Assembly (NCBI GenBank): GCA_002269645.1
Contig: NIVC01001239.1
Span: 1 to 64,000, forward strand
Reading direction: 5' to 3'
DNA: 64,000 nucleotides
From: Macrostomum lignano
Taxonomy: Eukaryota
The number at the start of each line of letters is the position of its first letter. Positions within the stretch are counted from its first letter, which is position 1. Below the pieces are notes generated by a model that was not told the DNA's origin, ran no database searches, and saw only the letters and a list, made by a program, of their open reading frames with translations. The translations under genes and the position numbers were made by a program. Shown here piece by piece: positions 37,906 through 51,648 of the stretch.

Positions 37906-38399
37906 CTTTCACTTATCATCCCCATTTCTCTCTCTCCCACCCTCCTTTATTATCTCCAACCACTCTCTCCCTCATTATCACCCCAATTAACCACAAGCAA
38001 AAGCAAGCTCAGAAGCCAGAAAAAAACAATAGAAAGGAGCAACAAGAATCCTCCACAGAGCATCCGTGGCTTCTGTGACTTGTCAGCCACGCCCAGAAGA
38101 CAAGAGACAAATAAATAGAGTATTACACAGTTGAAGTCAACATAGCTGAGCTAGTATGGGCGTTCTTAAATGCACATATTCAATAAAGAAGAGTTTCTTT
38201 ATTCTCGGGAATAATAATTATTATTACTATTTCTTTTCTAATAATATATCCGGGGAAATTCACGATCAAATAGCCATTACCGGTCGGCATTATTCGAATG
38301 CTGTAAATTATAAATCCTATTTTATTGTCGATTTTCAACTAAGAACTAAACACAGTTTAGAACGAAATTATTTTGGGTAGAATATTTTCTAGCACTATA

Positions 38400-38770
38400 G
38401 CCTCAAATTTTGGCATCACAGCCTCAAATTTAGGCGCCACAAGCCCAAAGTTAGGCGCCACAAGCCCAAATTTAGGCGCCACAAGCCCAAAGTTAGGCGC
38501 CACAAGCCAAAATTTAGGCACCACAAGCCAAAATTTAGGCGCCACAAGCCCAAATTGAGGCGCCACAAGCCCAAATTTAGGCGCCACAAGCCCAAATTTA
38601 GGCGCCACACCTGAAATTTAGCGCCACAAGCCCAAATTTAGGCGCCACAAGCCCAAATTTAGGCGCCACAAGCCCAAATTTAGGCGCCACACCTGAAATT
38701 TAGCGCCACAGCTCAAATTTAGCGCCACACGAGAAATTTAGCGCCACATCGCGTAGGTTGACGCCAAATT
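38400..38770. repeat. 21-bp minisatellite
   Basis: Unit ttaggcgccacaagcccaaat. Confidence 0.9.
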
Positions 38771-39299
38771 TAGAAAAAGGCAAAGACAGAGGCTGAAAAA
38801 AGAAGCAAACAATGGAGCCAGAGAGCGTCTCCTCCATCTCTCTGGCTAATTGTATCGAATCAGTTAGGACTATCCTGGAAGCGGGGTCACCAGGCTAATC
38901 TAAAGTGTGTTGGTGCCCAAACAGAAAAAAATATATTTGAGGAAACCTGGAGTACCCAGGGCAGGAGCTGCAATTTGAGATAGAGAAATGGAGGATAGGG
39001 AGAAGGTTAGAGGCTCACTCGAACTTGTCCAGCAGCAGAAAGTTGCAGATTGCAGAACTTCGGGCCTTCTCGTCTCTCCTCTCCATCAGTGTGCGACAGT
39101 AAGAGTCGGCTCCGTAACTGGGGAGTTTTAGTACTATAGCTGACTTACTGACCGAATTTGATTAGCAACTGCCAACTACTGCAACCCTGGGGCCTGAGTG
39201 ACTACCCCGCTCACTCTAGTGTAGTTTGCTGGGCTCCCCCATCTCAACTCTACTGTTTTCGTATCTTTGCAACAGTGCAGTTATTTTTCTGCATTGCGA

Positions 39300-39495
39300 A
39301 GTGTTCTTTCGATACATATCGGATTTTTAGTCAGTAACTTTCTCACATTATCGAGTTCTACGACATTTATCTTTTTCTGCCTCGCAAAGCGTTATTTCGA
39401 TACATATCGGATTTTTTAGTCAGTAGCTTTCTCACATAATCAAGTTCTACAGCCTCTAATTTTTCTGCAAAGCAAAGCGTTCTTTCGATACATGG
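39300..39495. repeat. ~88-bp tandem duplication (~2.3 copies)
   Basis: Repeated ttcgatacatatcggatttttagtcagta(a/g)ctttctcacat. Confidence 0.7.
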
Positions 39496-39540
39496 TTAAA
39501 ATTGTTAATTTGATGGTTAAAATTAGTAATTAAATAGCTA

Positions 39541-39614
39541 CATTCCGCAGCCGCGATCGAACCAATAGACCTTGCGCTTAGTGGTGAAAATCGCTAGACC
39601 GCTATGCCACTGCC
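39541..39614 (-). mobile_element. Degenerate tRNA-derived sequence (probable SINE head)
   Basis: Minus strand has A-box-like TGGCATAGCGG and B-box-like GGTTCGATCG; no intact cloverleaf. Confidence 0.45.
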
Positions 39615-40389
39615 TTACAGTCGCCAATCGAATTCAAATTTAACATTTTAAGTAGCAGGGAATTTCTAGTGATGGTTTAGTTTTCAGCCGCCTTGTCCCT
39701 CCATCGGCCAATTTATTTTCCATTAATAAGTCGCAACTCAAGCTCGGCATGGAGGCGCATCATGCCGGCCTCGCAAGACTCCGGGCACAATTATTGCAGA
39801 AACTCAATCCTGAAGGAGGCCGGCAAGGAACTGAGCGCTATATAAGCCAGAAAAATGAATCAGATAGCGATACACCGCGCCAATCTGGGATGAGGAGAGA
39901 GGAAGGGAAGGGAGAGGGTAAATAAGTACAAACTAAGTGAGCTCGGAGGAGGAGATAAATGAGAATAAGGCAAGGTGGGCCGGAGCTCTGGCCAAGCTAC
40001 GTCAGATTGAAATGGCAGGTCCTATATATACACCCACTGCAGATAAATAAGCCGGCCAGAGTTCATCCAGTGGAGCAAAAAAAGTTTTGCTTGGGCTTGA
40101 TTTGCAAATTGAATCCTTATATAATAACCGAAGCCTGAAAACTCCTTCAAGTCAATCAACCTAGAGCTCCTCAGTTGTGCGACCGCAACGAGTTTCAACT
40201 GTAGGGGACAAATTTCGGTCAAGCAAATACAGAAAAACAAACAGGATTGAACAATAAGGCCAAGAATTGATGCTAACTTTGAAGAGAAGCGCTTCAAGAA
40301 CGAATTTTATGAGCAGAATATACTTTATTTATAGAATAAAGCGTCTATTATATTAACAACTGATTACAACTGCCCCAATTGGGCCAGAT

Positions 40390-40666
40390 GTGCAACCGAC
40401 AGCTCAGCCGCAGCTATTTGTGCGGTGCATCTGAGGGCTGCGTACGGCTGTTCAGTCCAAGGACTGGGGGGGGGGGGGGTCGCCACACAGCCTCAATTAC
40501 CCCAGCTAATGCTGGCACCCATTTTACAGCTGGGGTGAACTGAAGCAATGCAGAGTTAAGTGTCTTGCTCAAGGACACAAACTGTTCCGAGTGGATCGAG
40601 AATCGAACCTCCGACCTTCCAGTCGTGAGTGAGTCCGACGCTCTAACCACTAGGCTACAACAACCC
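40390..40666 (-). mobile_element. tRNA-derived SINE with CORE-like central domain
   Basis: Head TAGCCTAGTGGTTAGAGCG...GGTTCGATTC, then TTTGTGTCCTTGAGCAAGACACTTAACTCTG...CTTCAGTTCACCCCAGCTGTAAAATGGG, close to the MIR/CORE consensus as I recall it; 3' end approximate. Confidence 0.75.
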
Positions 40667-41764
40667 TAGCGTAGAGTTAGCGTCTCACAATCTTAAATTA
40701 ATTGCGGTCAAAGTCAAATGGGGCCATGCAGTCGAATGTCGAAAAACATTCCTCCGCAATCAATCTATCTATAGACAAAGGAAAAACACGGGATACAGAT
40801 CCTAGTCATCGACGACAGATGATGGAGAGAAAGAGTTAAGGAAACTGCAGACTCGATGTTGTTTATCGCGCTGCCATATCGTAACAAATGACGACGGAGA
40901 GTCTGTCCCCAGACAGCTGAGAGTAGGTAGAAAGGAAACCGGTTTTCCCCTAATTCCCAACGCAATTGATCAAACATATACAAGAAGATTAGTAGTTTGT
41001 CCAGCAGCCAACTAGCTAACGGTATATAAGCAAAATCAGTGACTCTGAAGGAATCATTTGTCAAAGCGAGCGAGCTGGCTGACAGATGCGCTCACTTGTA
41101 TGCAGTTAATTATGAGCTTGGCTCCTCCGTGCTACTCTAGTATTTGAAGATCTTTGGAGCAGTCTAAGTAAACCACCGCCCGCTGTTTCCAAGTCTCCAA
41201 ATAACGCACGGGAGTTCCTCATAAATAAGTGCGTTCGTACTTGCTGAACCCCGTGTACAATCTAATCAGCAAAATGACTATAAACCATTCACAGAGCTCA
41301 TTCGGTTTTGAATCGCTAATCAAACATTTAGGTTCATATCAATGGCATTACTGCTATCCGTTTTGCCCGTTGGCTAATGACCTCGAAAACCATTCCATTG
41401 TGTTATTAACCGTACTCATATCTACTGCTATTTATTGTTCCCAAACTATCAGGGATAAACTCAGCCAACTCGAATGCGTCAATGGCCACTTTTTACAGAA
41501 ATCATTAGTTCTATTTAGTTCTTTTTGAAGGGGGAAAACTGCAAGAGAAATTCATGATATCCTTACATGCGTTCTTTTGGTTTCTTTGGTTAGTATCGAG
41601 GTGAACTCGCCCTTGACTTGTATAAGAGAATGCGACGCTTTCTTTGCCTTCTCAGGGACTTAGATGTTTTTACCATAGACGATTAAAAAGGATAGCTACA
41701 AGCTTGAACGACTTGGCTAAAATCTAAAACTAGCCTTGCTAAAAAACCCTTCGTTGTTGCTTCT

Positions 41765-42920
41765 GACTTGTAGCTATTCAGCTTGTGACTTGTAGCTATT
41801 CAGCTTGTGACTTGTAGCTATTCAGCTTGTGACTTGTAGCTATTCAGCTTGTGAGTTGTAGCTATTCAGCTTGTGACTTGTAGCTATCCAGCTTGTGACT
41901 TGTAGCTATTCAGCTTGTGACTTGTAGCTATCCAGCTTGTGAGTTGTAGCTATTCAGCTTGTGACTTGTAGCTATCCAGCTTGTGAGTTGTAGCTATTCA
42001 GCTTGTGACTTGTAGCTATTCAGCTTGTGACTTGTAGCTATCCAGCTTGTGACTTGTAGCTATCCAGCTTGTGACTTGTAGCTATCCAGCTTGTGAGTTG
42101 TAGCTATCCAGCTTGTGACTTGTAGCTATTCAGCTTGTGAGCTGTAGCTATCCAGCTTGTGAGTTGTAGCTATTCAGCTTGTGAGTTGTAGCTATCCAGC
42201 TTGTGAGTTGTAGCTATCCAGCTTGTGACTTGTAGCTATTCAGCTTGTGAGCTGTAGCTATCCAGCTTGTGACTTGTAGCTATCCAGCTTGTGACTTGTA
42301 GCTATCCAGCTTGTGAGTTGTAGCTATCCAGCTTGTGACTTGTAGCTATTCAGCTTGTGAGCTGTAGCTATCCAGCTTGTGAGTTGTAGCTATTCAGCTT
42401 GTGAGTTGTAGCTATCCAGCTTGTGAGTTGTAGCTATTCAGCTTGTGAGTTGTAGCTATTCAGCTTGTGACTTGTAGCTATTCAGCTTGTGACTTGTAGC
42501 TATCCAGCTTGTGACTTGTAGCTATTCAGCTTGTGACTTGTAGCTATTCAGCTTGTGACTTGTAGCTATTCAGCTTGTGACTTGTAGCTATCCAGCTTGT
42601 GAGTTGTAGCTATCCAGCTTGTGAGTTGTAGCTATTCAGCTTGTGACTTGTAGCTATCCAGCTTGTGACTTGTAGCTACTCAGCTTGTGACTTGTAGCTA
42701 TCCAGCTTGTGACTTGTAGCTATTCAGCTTGTGACTTGTAGCTATTCAGCTTGTGACTTGTAGCTATCCAGCTTGTGAGTTGTAGCTATTCAGCTTGTGA
42801 CTTGTAGCTATTCAGCTTGTGACTTGTAGCTATCCAGCTTGTGACTTGTAGCTATCCAGCTTGTGACTTGTAGCTATCCAGCTTGTGACTTTTAGCTATT
42901 CAGCTTGTTGATTTTAGCTT
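41765..42920. repeat. 22-bp minisatellite (~1.15 kb)
   Basis: Unit cttgtagctat(t/c)cagcttgtga. Confidence 0.95.
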
Positions 42921-43411
42921 GTAAAATCTATGAAACATCCCCCAAGTAGTAAACAAGAAGTAAGTGCCCCTCATACTCGTAGGTGATTTTCAAGCGATAG
43001 ACATCTCCAGCGGGAGGGCTGCAGTGCTTTCAACCTCGGTTTCAACACTCTTAGACTCGACGGCAACCCAAGCTAATCAACAAGTTTTTCCAGACTTTCA
43101 TTATCCAACTAACATGGAAAGCCTAATAGACTATGAAAATTAGGAAAAAAACGCAAGCTTGAATTAGGAGTCTTGAGCAATGTTTTGATGAGAATAATGA
43201 CATGAATTTCGGCGGAAGCCGCGAACCGCTGGAGAAATTGCTTTGATTGAGTCAAGTCAAGCGTGACGTTTGCCTTTTATCAACATCGTAGTCTGCTGTT
43301 GCTGATGGCTGTAATTAAGCATCACGGAGGCCAAAGCCATATTTTATATTATGCATGTTTATAGTATGTATTTTACTGCTGAGGAAGTATGCTTTTCTTG
43401 TAGACTTTGCT

Positions 43412-44165
43412 CAAAGTGGACACTCTCAATCTCCAAGCGGACACTCTCAATCTCCAAGCGGACACTCTCAATCTCAAATTGGACACTCCCGATCTCAAAG
43501 CGGACACTCTCAATCTCAAATTGGACAATCTCAATCTCAAAGTGGACACTCTCAATCTCTAAGTAGACAGACACTCTCAATCTCAAAGTGGACAATCTCA
43601 ATCTCAAAGTGGAGACTCTCAATCTCCAAGCGGACACTCTCAATCTTAAAGTGGACACTCCCGATCTCAAAGCGGACACTCTCAATCTCAAATTGGACAA
43701 TCTCAATCTCAAAGTGGACACTCTCAATTCTCAAAGTGGACACTCTCAATCTCTAAGTAGACAGACACTCTCAATCTCAAAGTGGACAATCTCAATCTCA
43801 AAGTGGAGAATCTCAATCTCCAAGTGGACACTCTCAATCTCAAAGTGGACACTCTCAATCTCAAATTGGACAATCTCAATCTCAAAGTGGACAATCTCAA
43901 TCTCAAAGTGGACACTCTCAATCTCTAAGTAGACAATCTCAATCTCAAAGTGGACACTCTCAATCTCTAAGTGGACACTCTCAATCTCTAAGTGGACACT
44001 CTCGAGCTCAAAGTGGACACTCTCAATCTCTAAGTGGACACTTTCAATCTCAAAGTGGACACTTTCAATCTCAAAGTGGACACTCTCAATCACTAAGTGG
44101 ACACTTTCAATCTCTAAGTGGACACTCTCAATATCTAAGTGGATACTCACAATCTCAAATTGGAC
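43412..44165. repeat. 21-bp minisatellite with higher-order duplication
   Basis: Unit aagtggacactctcaatctca. Confidence 0.92.
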
Positions 44166-45220
44166 AGCTTTATACCTCGAAGTGGATTCCCTGCAAGAAA
44201 GTCACACTAGTTAAACAAGTTCCAATTTTAGTATGAATATAAAAGTACCAATCATAATGGCTGGTCAGCGATCCGTTGAACTTAAACTAAAAAATCAATA
44301 AATCTTTCTCATTAAAAATGGCTCAACTTACAACTAAACGAAAAGTTATAATAAAACTATTTAAATGCAACATGAGAGTGCAACATTGTGTGCAATTAAA
44401 GAAATTTACATTATTGCTCATTCTAAGCAACTAATGGGTTCTAATTAGTTTTACCTGTGTTAGTGCTGAAAATGTACTTTTCAGCTTTACGGTAATGTGA
44501 AATGTTTGCCGAACAAGAACGTGACACAGCTGGAAAAATATGAAAAATTTATCCAACAAGCTTACACGTTAAAAGCTTAAATTGCACTTAGTTTCTGATC
44601 TTGATTCAAGAGCATGTCACTCGTTTGCTAGTCTGTCAATATTGATTTAACTAATTGATTGATTGATTCTTTATCATTAGGCCTGTACACTTCACTGTGC
44701 CTTGGGGGTTGGCCCTCAAGGCCGTTAATTGCACGAGCAGAGCCAAGCCAAGATTCCAATTTAGCCTCAAATCAATGTAACTGCCTGGGCCACTGACCAC
44801 TGGGCTACCCCCATGACTGATGATTCACTCTAATATAACTGACTCGGCGAACCCCAAGGCACAGACAGTGCCTGATGATTGGAAAGTCAAAGGTCCCCTG
44901 TACACCCTGTGTGAGCGTGTGCGTGAGTGCGTGATTGTGTACAGTATTGGCGCGCTTGCATGTTCTCAGTAGTCAGATGAATGGGCAGAATTGCCGTCAG
45001 CACCGGTTGAAGGACAATGTCCCCAAGTAACCAGTCGTTTTGACAATATATTCACCTATTTTCACTTAATTAGAATTCACTCTAATCTTATTAAGATTCA
45101 CTAAAGCGTTCTTTTAGCTTTACTTGTTCTTTCTATATACATCTTCTTTCCTAATTTCTTGTCTAATCCTTCGAGAAGTGTTTGTATTTCTCGAACTCCA
45201 ACTTTTCCGCCTCGTCGCAG

Positions 45221-45437
45221 ATACCCCAGATCAGCTACGCATCGACGAGTCCAGAGCTGAGCGACGTCAATCGGTTTGACTATTTCTTCCGGGTTGTGCC
45301 GTCGGACATCGACCAGGCTAAGGCGATGGCCGCCATCGTGCGCCGCATGGGCTGGGACTATGTGGCCGCCCTGCACGACGGCGGCACCTACGGAGAGCGC
45401 GGCATTCAAGAGTTTAAAACGCACGCGTCAAATCAAG
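45221..45437 (+). CDS. mGluR exon 2
   Basis: IPQISYASTSPELSD...FFRVVPSD...WDYV...GTYGERGI; cgcag/gtgggc. Confidence 0.95.
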
Positions 45438-45504
45438 GTGGGCGGCTGTGGGTTAATCTGTGCCGCGAGTAATTAATATGTTAATTGGATAGTAAAGATA
45501 GGAG

Positions 45505-45973
45505 TTACCTGTCTGTTAGACACAGATAAGTCACTTGTAGGAAGTCACCTGTTAGACACAGAGGAGTCACCTGTTAGACACAGAGGAGTCACCTGTTAAA
45601 CACAAAGGAGTCACCTTTTAGACACAGAGGAGTCACCTGTTAGACAGAGAGGAGTCACCTGTTAGATACAGAGGAGTCACCTGTAAAACACAAAGGAGTC
45701 ACCTGTTAGACACATAGCAGTCACCTGTTAGACACAGATGAGTCACCTGTTAGATACAGAGGAGTCACCTGTTAGATACAGAGGAGTCACCTATTGGAGA
45801 CAGAGGAGTCACCTGTTAGACACAGAGGAGTCACCTGTTAGATACAGAGGAGTCACCTGTTAGATACAGAGGAGTCACCTGTTAGATACAGAGGAGTCAC
45901 CTATTGGAGACAGAGGAGTCACCTGTTAGACACAGAGGAGTCACCTGTTAGACACAGACGAGTCACCTGTTGG
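45505..45973 (+). repeat. 22-bp minisatellite (family shared with 58148-58534)
   Basis: Unit gtcacctgttagacacagagga. Confidence 0.92.
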
Positions 45974-46417
45974 ACATTTCCCTAGCAAAGCAAAGGCTTG
46001 ATCTCTTCTCTACGGCTCGTGGTTGTGATTAAAAGTCATCAAATAATGCTTGGCTTTTAGCCTCATCCAGAAGGAAAATCTTCTGGATTAGCCTAATCCA
46101 CCTGCCTTTGTTGGAAGGCCTTTTTGTCAGCTTTTTTTATACCCACTGTTTAAGAAATAAGTGCATTTTTATGAAAGTTTGCGTTAGCCCAATTTAACCT
46201 CAGGTTATAATGCACTGGCGGCAAATAAGTTTGTCATTCTACAAAGAAGAAATTCGTCAACAAAGCCAAAAAGGACAAAGAAGACGGGAGGCAGAGTTTG
46301 AGGGCACACAGGATTTTAAAAGACGATCTAATCTGGACAAACTGAAGTAGTGGATAGATCACTCATTCCAACCCAATTTTGTGGATGAACTAGCCACTCT
46401 TTTCAGCATAATCTAGT

Positions 46418-46556
46418 CCCTCCGATGTACTCGGATGTACAAAATCTAGTCACTTGGATGTACACAATCTAGTCACTCGGATGTACACAATCTAGTCACT
46501 CGGATGTACACAATCTAGTCATTCGGACGTACACAATCTAGTCACTCCGATGTACA
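46418..46556. repeat. 23-bp minisatellite (~5-6 copies)
   Basis: Unit ggatgtacacaatctagtcactc. Confidence 0.85.
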
Positions 46557-46789
46557 GACTACATTTATTTTCACTTCAATTCAAACAATGCAGTCGCTTC
46601 AATTTACGAAATCTACTTACTCTGATCCACACAATATGATTCCCTATCCACCCTTGTCTACCTTGTCTAGTCATGTAGTCACTCTGATCATCTTATTCTA
46701 GTCACACCTAGACTAGAATGAGAATCTATACTCTAAAGAAACTTTTATTTGCTCAAATCCAACCATTCGTTCCATTCTTTTTTGCCCAG

Positions 46790-47098
46790 GCGTGTGCATC
46801 AGCAAAGTTCTGATCATTCCTCGTAATCCGAAAAACGGCAGCCTCAATCTGATAGTCGAAAGCTTGTTGAACTTGCCGAAGTCTCGCGTTGTGGTCGCAT
46901 TCTGCCAGTCTGAGTCGCTTCGCTCACTGTTCCGTCTGTTAAACCAGCAACAACAGCTGCAGAGTGGACTTACTCAGCAAAACAGACTGTTCTGGGTGGC
47001 CAGCGACGGCTGGGGCCGGAAAACCGACCATCTGGTTGGCAATGAGGCCATGTTTGAGGGAGCGATCAGTCTGCTACCTGAAAGACGAGTAGTTGACG
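46790..47098 (+). CDS. mGluR exon 3
   Basis: (G)VCIS...RVVVAFC...FWVASDGWGRK...GAISLLP; cccag/gtgag. Confidence 0.93.
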
Positions 47099-47112
47099 GT
47101 GAGCCATGGCTG

Positions 47113-47935
<823 letters not shown>

Positions 47936-47968
47936 CGGTCAGTTTTTATGTGCAACTGTATCGAACAG

Positions 47969-48100
47969 GTTTCGACGCGTACTTCAAAAGTCTAACCCTC
48001 GAGCATCGGCGACTCAACCCGTGGTGGTCCGAGTTCTGGGCGACTCATTTTCAGTGCAGGCTGGGGCCCTACAACCCAGCTGCATCTAAAGATTGCACAG
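47969..48100 (+). CDS. mGluR exon 4
   Basis: (G)FDAYFKSL...NPWWSEFWATHFQC...DCT; aacag/gtaag. Confidence 0.93.
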
Positions 48101-48879
48101 GTAAGCTAATCTATTTGCTCAAAATAATTAGATCCGGTAATCGATACTCTTTATCTGCAGTCAATTTTAGGTATGAATATTAAACTTGATACAATTCCCA
48201 GTTATCCGTGAGCCGAGCTTTGACGTCTTTTCGTCGTTTTCTTTGCTACAGAGAAGCGGTTAAAATTTTGGAGAATAACCGCTACATTTTTGAGACCCGT
48301 TTGGAATCAATGCGGATTTACCTTGTGTCAGTTTATTTTTAATTGCAAGATGCATCCTGTTTTGCTGAAGAATAGTCGATAAGGAAGAGAATGAGAGACT
48401 CAAAGACGAAGGCTATGAGTATCCTACTTAGATGGCATGGGCCGATTGACTAATCTTGACGAAGCGATAAGATTCTACCAGCTTCCTGCCGATGACACCG
48501 ATGGTCGGCCATCTGCCTGGCCTATTGCAGATTCATTAATTAGATGACTTTCTGTCTTCTACAAATAAAACTTGTACTCGACTTTTCTCATTTGAAGTTA
48601 GTGCCTTGATGACGTCAATAGAATAGGACTTTTAACTGAATTCTTGAAGCTTGCACATGTACGCTCGTATGAGTACTGTATCTGATTTAGCGATCGTCAA
48701 GACCAATTTGCAACTGCGAATTCCAAGTCGCTTTGAATTCATTTTTGATCATTTTCAAATACATCAAAACATGCATCTGCACCACCAACCTCCGAACCCC
48801 ACTCATTAATTTTAAAACTGCACTCAATAACCTCGAAACATCTGTAACCAATCTCGAAACCTTCGTCAAAACCTCAAAA

Positions 48880-49010
48880 ACGCCATAATGAACTTCAAAA
48901 CCTGCATCACCAACTTTGAAACCTGCATCACCAACTTTGAAACCTGCATCACCAACTTCGAAACCTGCATCACCAACTTCGAAACCTGCACAAATGTCGA
49001 AACCTCCGTC
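48880..49010. repeat. 21-bp minisatellite just before mGluR exon 5
   Basis: Unit ctt(c/t)gaaacctgcatcaccaa. Confidence 0.85.
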
Positions 49011-49039
49011 AGTAAATCTCGAATAAACCAAATCCGCAG

Positions 49040-49551
49040 GTCGGGAGAGAATCGGAGTCAACAGTCGATACGAGCAGGAGGGCCTCGTCCCAATGGTTTT
49101 GGACGCTGTCCAGGCAATGTCGCGGGCCATTGAAGACATGCACAATAGCCTGTGCAAAAACGTGACCCTAAGCAAATGTCGATGGCTCAATTCCACCATA
49201 AATGGTACTCAACTTCGCGACTTCATCAGATCCGTGAACTTCAGTGGTACGTCGGGAAATCCAGTCAGATTCAACATGTTTGGCGATCGCGAGTCGCAGT
49301 ACGAAGTATTTCAATACCAACGGATTCGGAGCGGTGCCGAGGGATCTTCTGGCGGTTTTCGCTACGTGAAAATTGGAATTTGGAATAACCAGTTGGAGCT
49401 GGTGAATTCCAGCATTCGATGGGGCACGAAAAACGAAGCTGTGCCTAGATCCGTGTGCTCTGAGCCATGCCACTACGGCTACAGAACTGTGGTGCTGAAC
49501 AAGGAGGCAGCCACATGCTGCTGGGATTGCGTTGCCTGCGACAAATACCAG
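49040..49551 (+). CDS. mGluR exon 5 (end of VFT, start of cysteine-rich domain)
   Basis: (G)RERIGVNSRYEQEGLVPMVLDAV...SVCSEPC...TCCWDCVAC; cgcag/gtttga. Confidence 0.95.
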
Positions 49552-50085
49552 GTTTGAATTGATTTAATTACCCATTGTGACATGATTCCTGACTCCTGCG
49601 CAAAAGAACATGCGGCTTGTCGTGCGATTCGCGCCCATTAGGGTCAGTCAACCATCTGAGAGACACAGAATATGTACACTTACTCTCGATGAGAAATCAG
49701 GGCCTCTGTACATCTACATCCTGCTTGAACGTGTGCCTGTGGTTTTGCTCAACTTCTACTCGTAGGAGCTTATTTTGCAGGGGAGCATAGCTACACACCG
49801 AAATGTGCATACCGCGTGTCTTAAGGCTCGTTGACGTCATCATCAAATACGCTACAAGCTTTCGTACAAACCGTGTGATCACGTAAATCCCGGCCTTGTT
49901 TGATGGAAGCATGAACAAACCTTTAAGACAATCAGCCCTTTAAAAGTTCTAATCGTACAGGAAAACAAGCCAACTGAAGTACATTATATAGTGGCACCGC
50001 CATTTAACCATTTAACTATTAATGATTAGGACCTGTTGCGTAGAACCACGCGACAAACAACACTAATTCCCTCCTAATTAACCAG

Positions 50086-50859
50086 GTGGTAATCAACAGC
50101 AGCCTGTGCTCGGACTGTCAGCCGGGCTATGTACCCAATCGATTTTACAACGCCTGTCAGGAGCTGCCGGTGGACACAATCAGGCTCACCAGCGTGTGGG
50201 CCGTCCTGCCCATGGGCTTCAGCCTGGTCGGTCTGGCCTGGACCGCCTTCGTTCTAACCGTGTTCATCCGCTATAACCAGACGCCACTGATTCGAGCATC
50301 CGGTCGGGAGCTCTGCTACGTGATGCTGGCTGGCATATTGATGTCCTACTGCATGACCTTCATCATGCTGGCCCCGCCAACTCCATTCACCTGCGGTGTG
50401 TTGCGAATTTTCAACGGGCTCAGCTTGAGCATTGTCTACTCGGCAATCTTCACCAAGACTAATCGGTTGAGTCGAATATTTAATCGTGGCATTAAATCGT
50501 TGATGAAGAAGCCATCTTACACTAGTCCGAAGTCGCAGCTGATCCTCTGCTCCTGTCTGGTGTCCGTGCAAGTGATCGGGGACATCACCTGGCTGGGCAT
50601 GGATCTGCCCAAGACCAAGTTCGACTATCCCGATCGAGACCACAAGGTGTTGCGCTGCGCAGTTGACGACGTTGCAATTGTGGTGTCGCTGCTGTACAAC
50701 ATGATTCTGATTGTCCTCTGCACCCTCTACGCCTTTAAAACGCGAAACATACCAGAGAATTTCAACGAAGCCAAGTACATCGCTTTTACAATGTACTCAA
50801 CGTGCATTGTGTGGCTAGCTTTCATTGCTATCTACTTTGGCTCGCTGAGGAACTTTCGG
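50086..50859 (+). CDS. mGluR exon 6 (CRD end, TM1-TM6)
   Basis: TPLIRASGRELCY, YSAIFTKTNRLSRIF, YAFKTRNIPENFNEAKYIAFTMYSTCIVWLAF; accag/gttagt. Confidence 0.96.
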
Positions 50860-50989
50860 GTTAGTTTCTTGCATAATTAACTACTTGTACTAGTAGTAAG
50901 AGATTTTTTCGTTCTAATTGATAGATAGGCATGAATTCCTAGTAAATTAAGACTATCTATTCGAAAATCAACAAAATTAAGCACCCACC

Positions 50990-51630
50990 ATTCAGCATCA
51001 AGCACCCAACATTCAGCATCAACCACCCACCATTCAGCATCAACCACCCACCATTCAGCATCAACCACCCACCATTCAGCATCAGCCATTCACCATTCAG
51101 CATCAACCACCCACCATGCAGCACCAACCACCCACCATGCAGCACCAACCACCCACCATGCAGCACCAACCACCCATCATGCAGCACCCACCACCCACCA
51201 TGCAGCACCAACCACCCACCATGCAGCACTCACCACCCACCATGCAGCACCCACCACCCACCATTCAGCATCAGCCATTCACCATTCAGCACCAACCACC
51301 CATCATGCAGCACCCACCACCCACCATGCAGCACCAACCACCCACCATGCAGCACCAACCACCCATCATGCAGCACCCACCACCCACCATGCAGCACCAA
51401 CCACCCACCATGCAGCACTCACCACCCACCATGCAGCACCCACCACCCACCATTCAGCATCAGCCATTCACCATTCAGCACCAACCACCCATCATGCAGC
51501 ACCCACCACCCACCATGCAGCACCAACCACCCACCATGCAGCACCCACCACCCACCATGCAGCACTAAACACCCATCATTCGGCATCAAGCACCCACCAT
51601 TCAGCATCAGCCATTCACCATTCAGCATCA
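50990..51630. repeat. 21-bp minisatellite filling mGluR intron 6
   Basis: Unit caccatgcagcaccaaccacc with block duplication. Confidence 0.92.
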
Positions 51631-51648
51631 ATTCCCCTTAACCCGCAG

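Noticed and set aside
36174-38078. 588-aa (RERV)n and 610-aa (HSLP)n ORFs on opposite strands
   Set aside because: Artefacts of a stop-free 12-bp intronic minisatellite; no splice or codon evidence
39043-39120. Short minus-strand block YGADSYCRTLMERRDEKARSSAICNFLLLDKFE* after a cag acceptor inside mGluR intron 1
   Set aside because: No recognisable homology or upstream exons; could be chance
40807-40923. Possible 39-codon cassette exon in mGluR intron 1
   Set aside because: Weak sites, and it would interrupt the conserved RLFK-IPQISY ligand-binding segment
51116-51568. MQHQPPT-repeat ORF looking like an amelogenin- or prion-like protein
   Set aside because: Lies wholly within mGluR intron 6 and is a 21-bp minisatellite; same for the 9455-9911 and 43351-44150 ORFs
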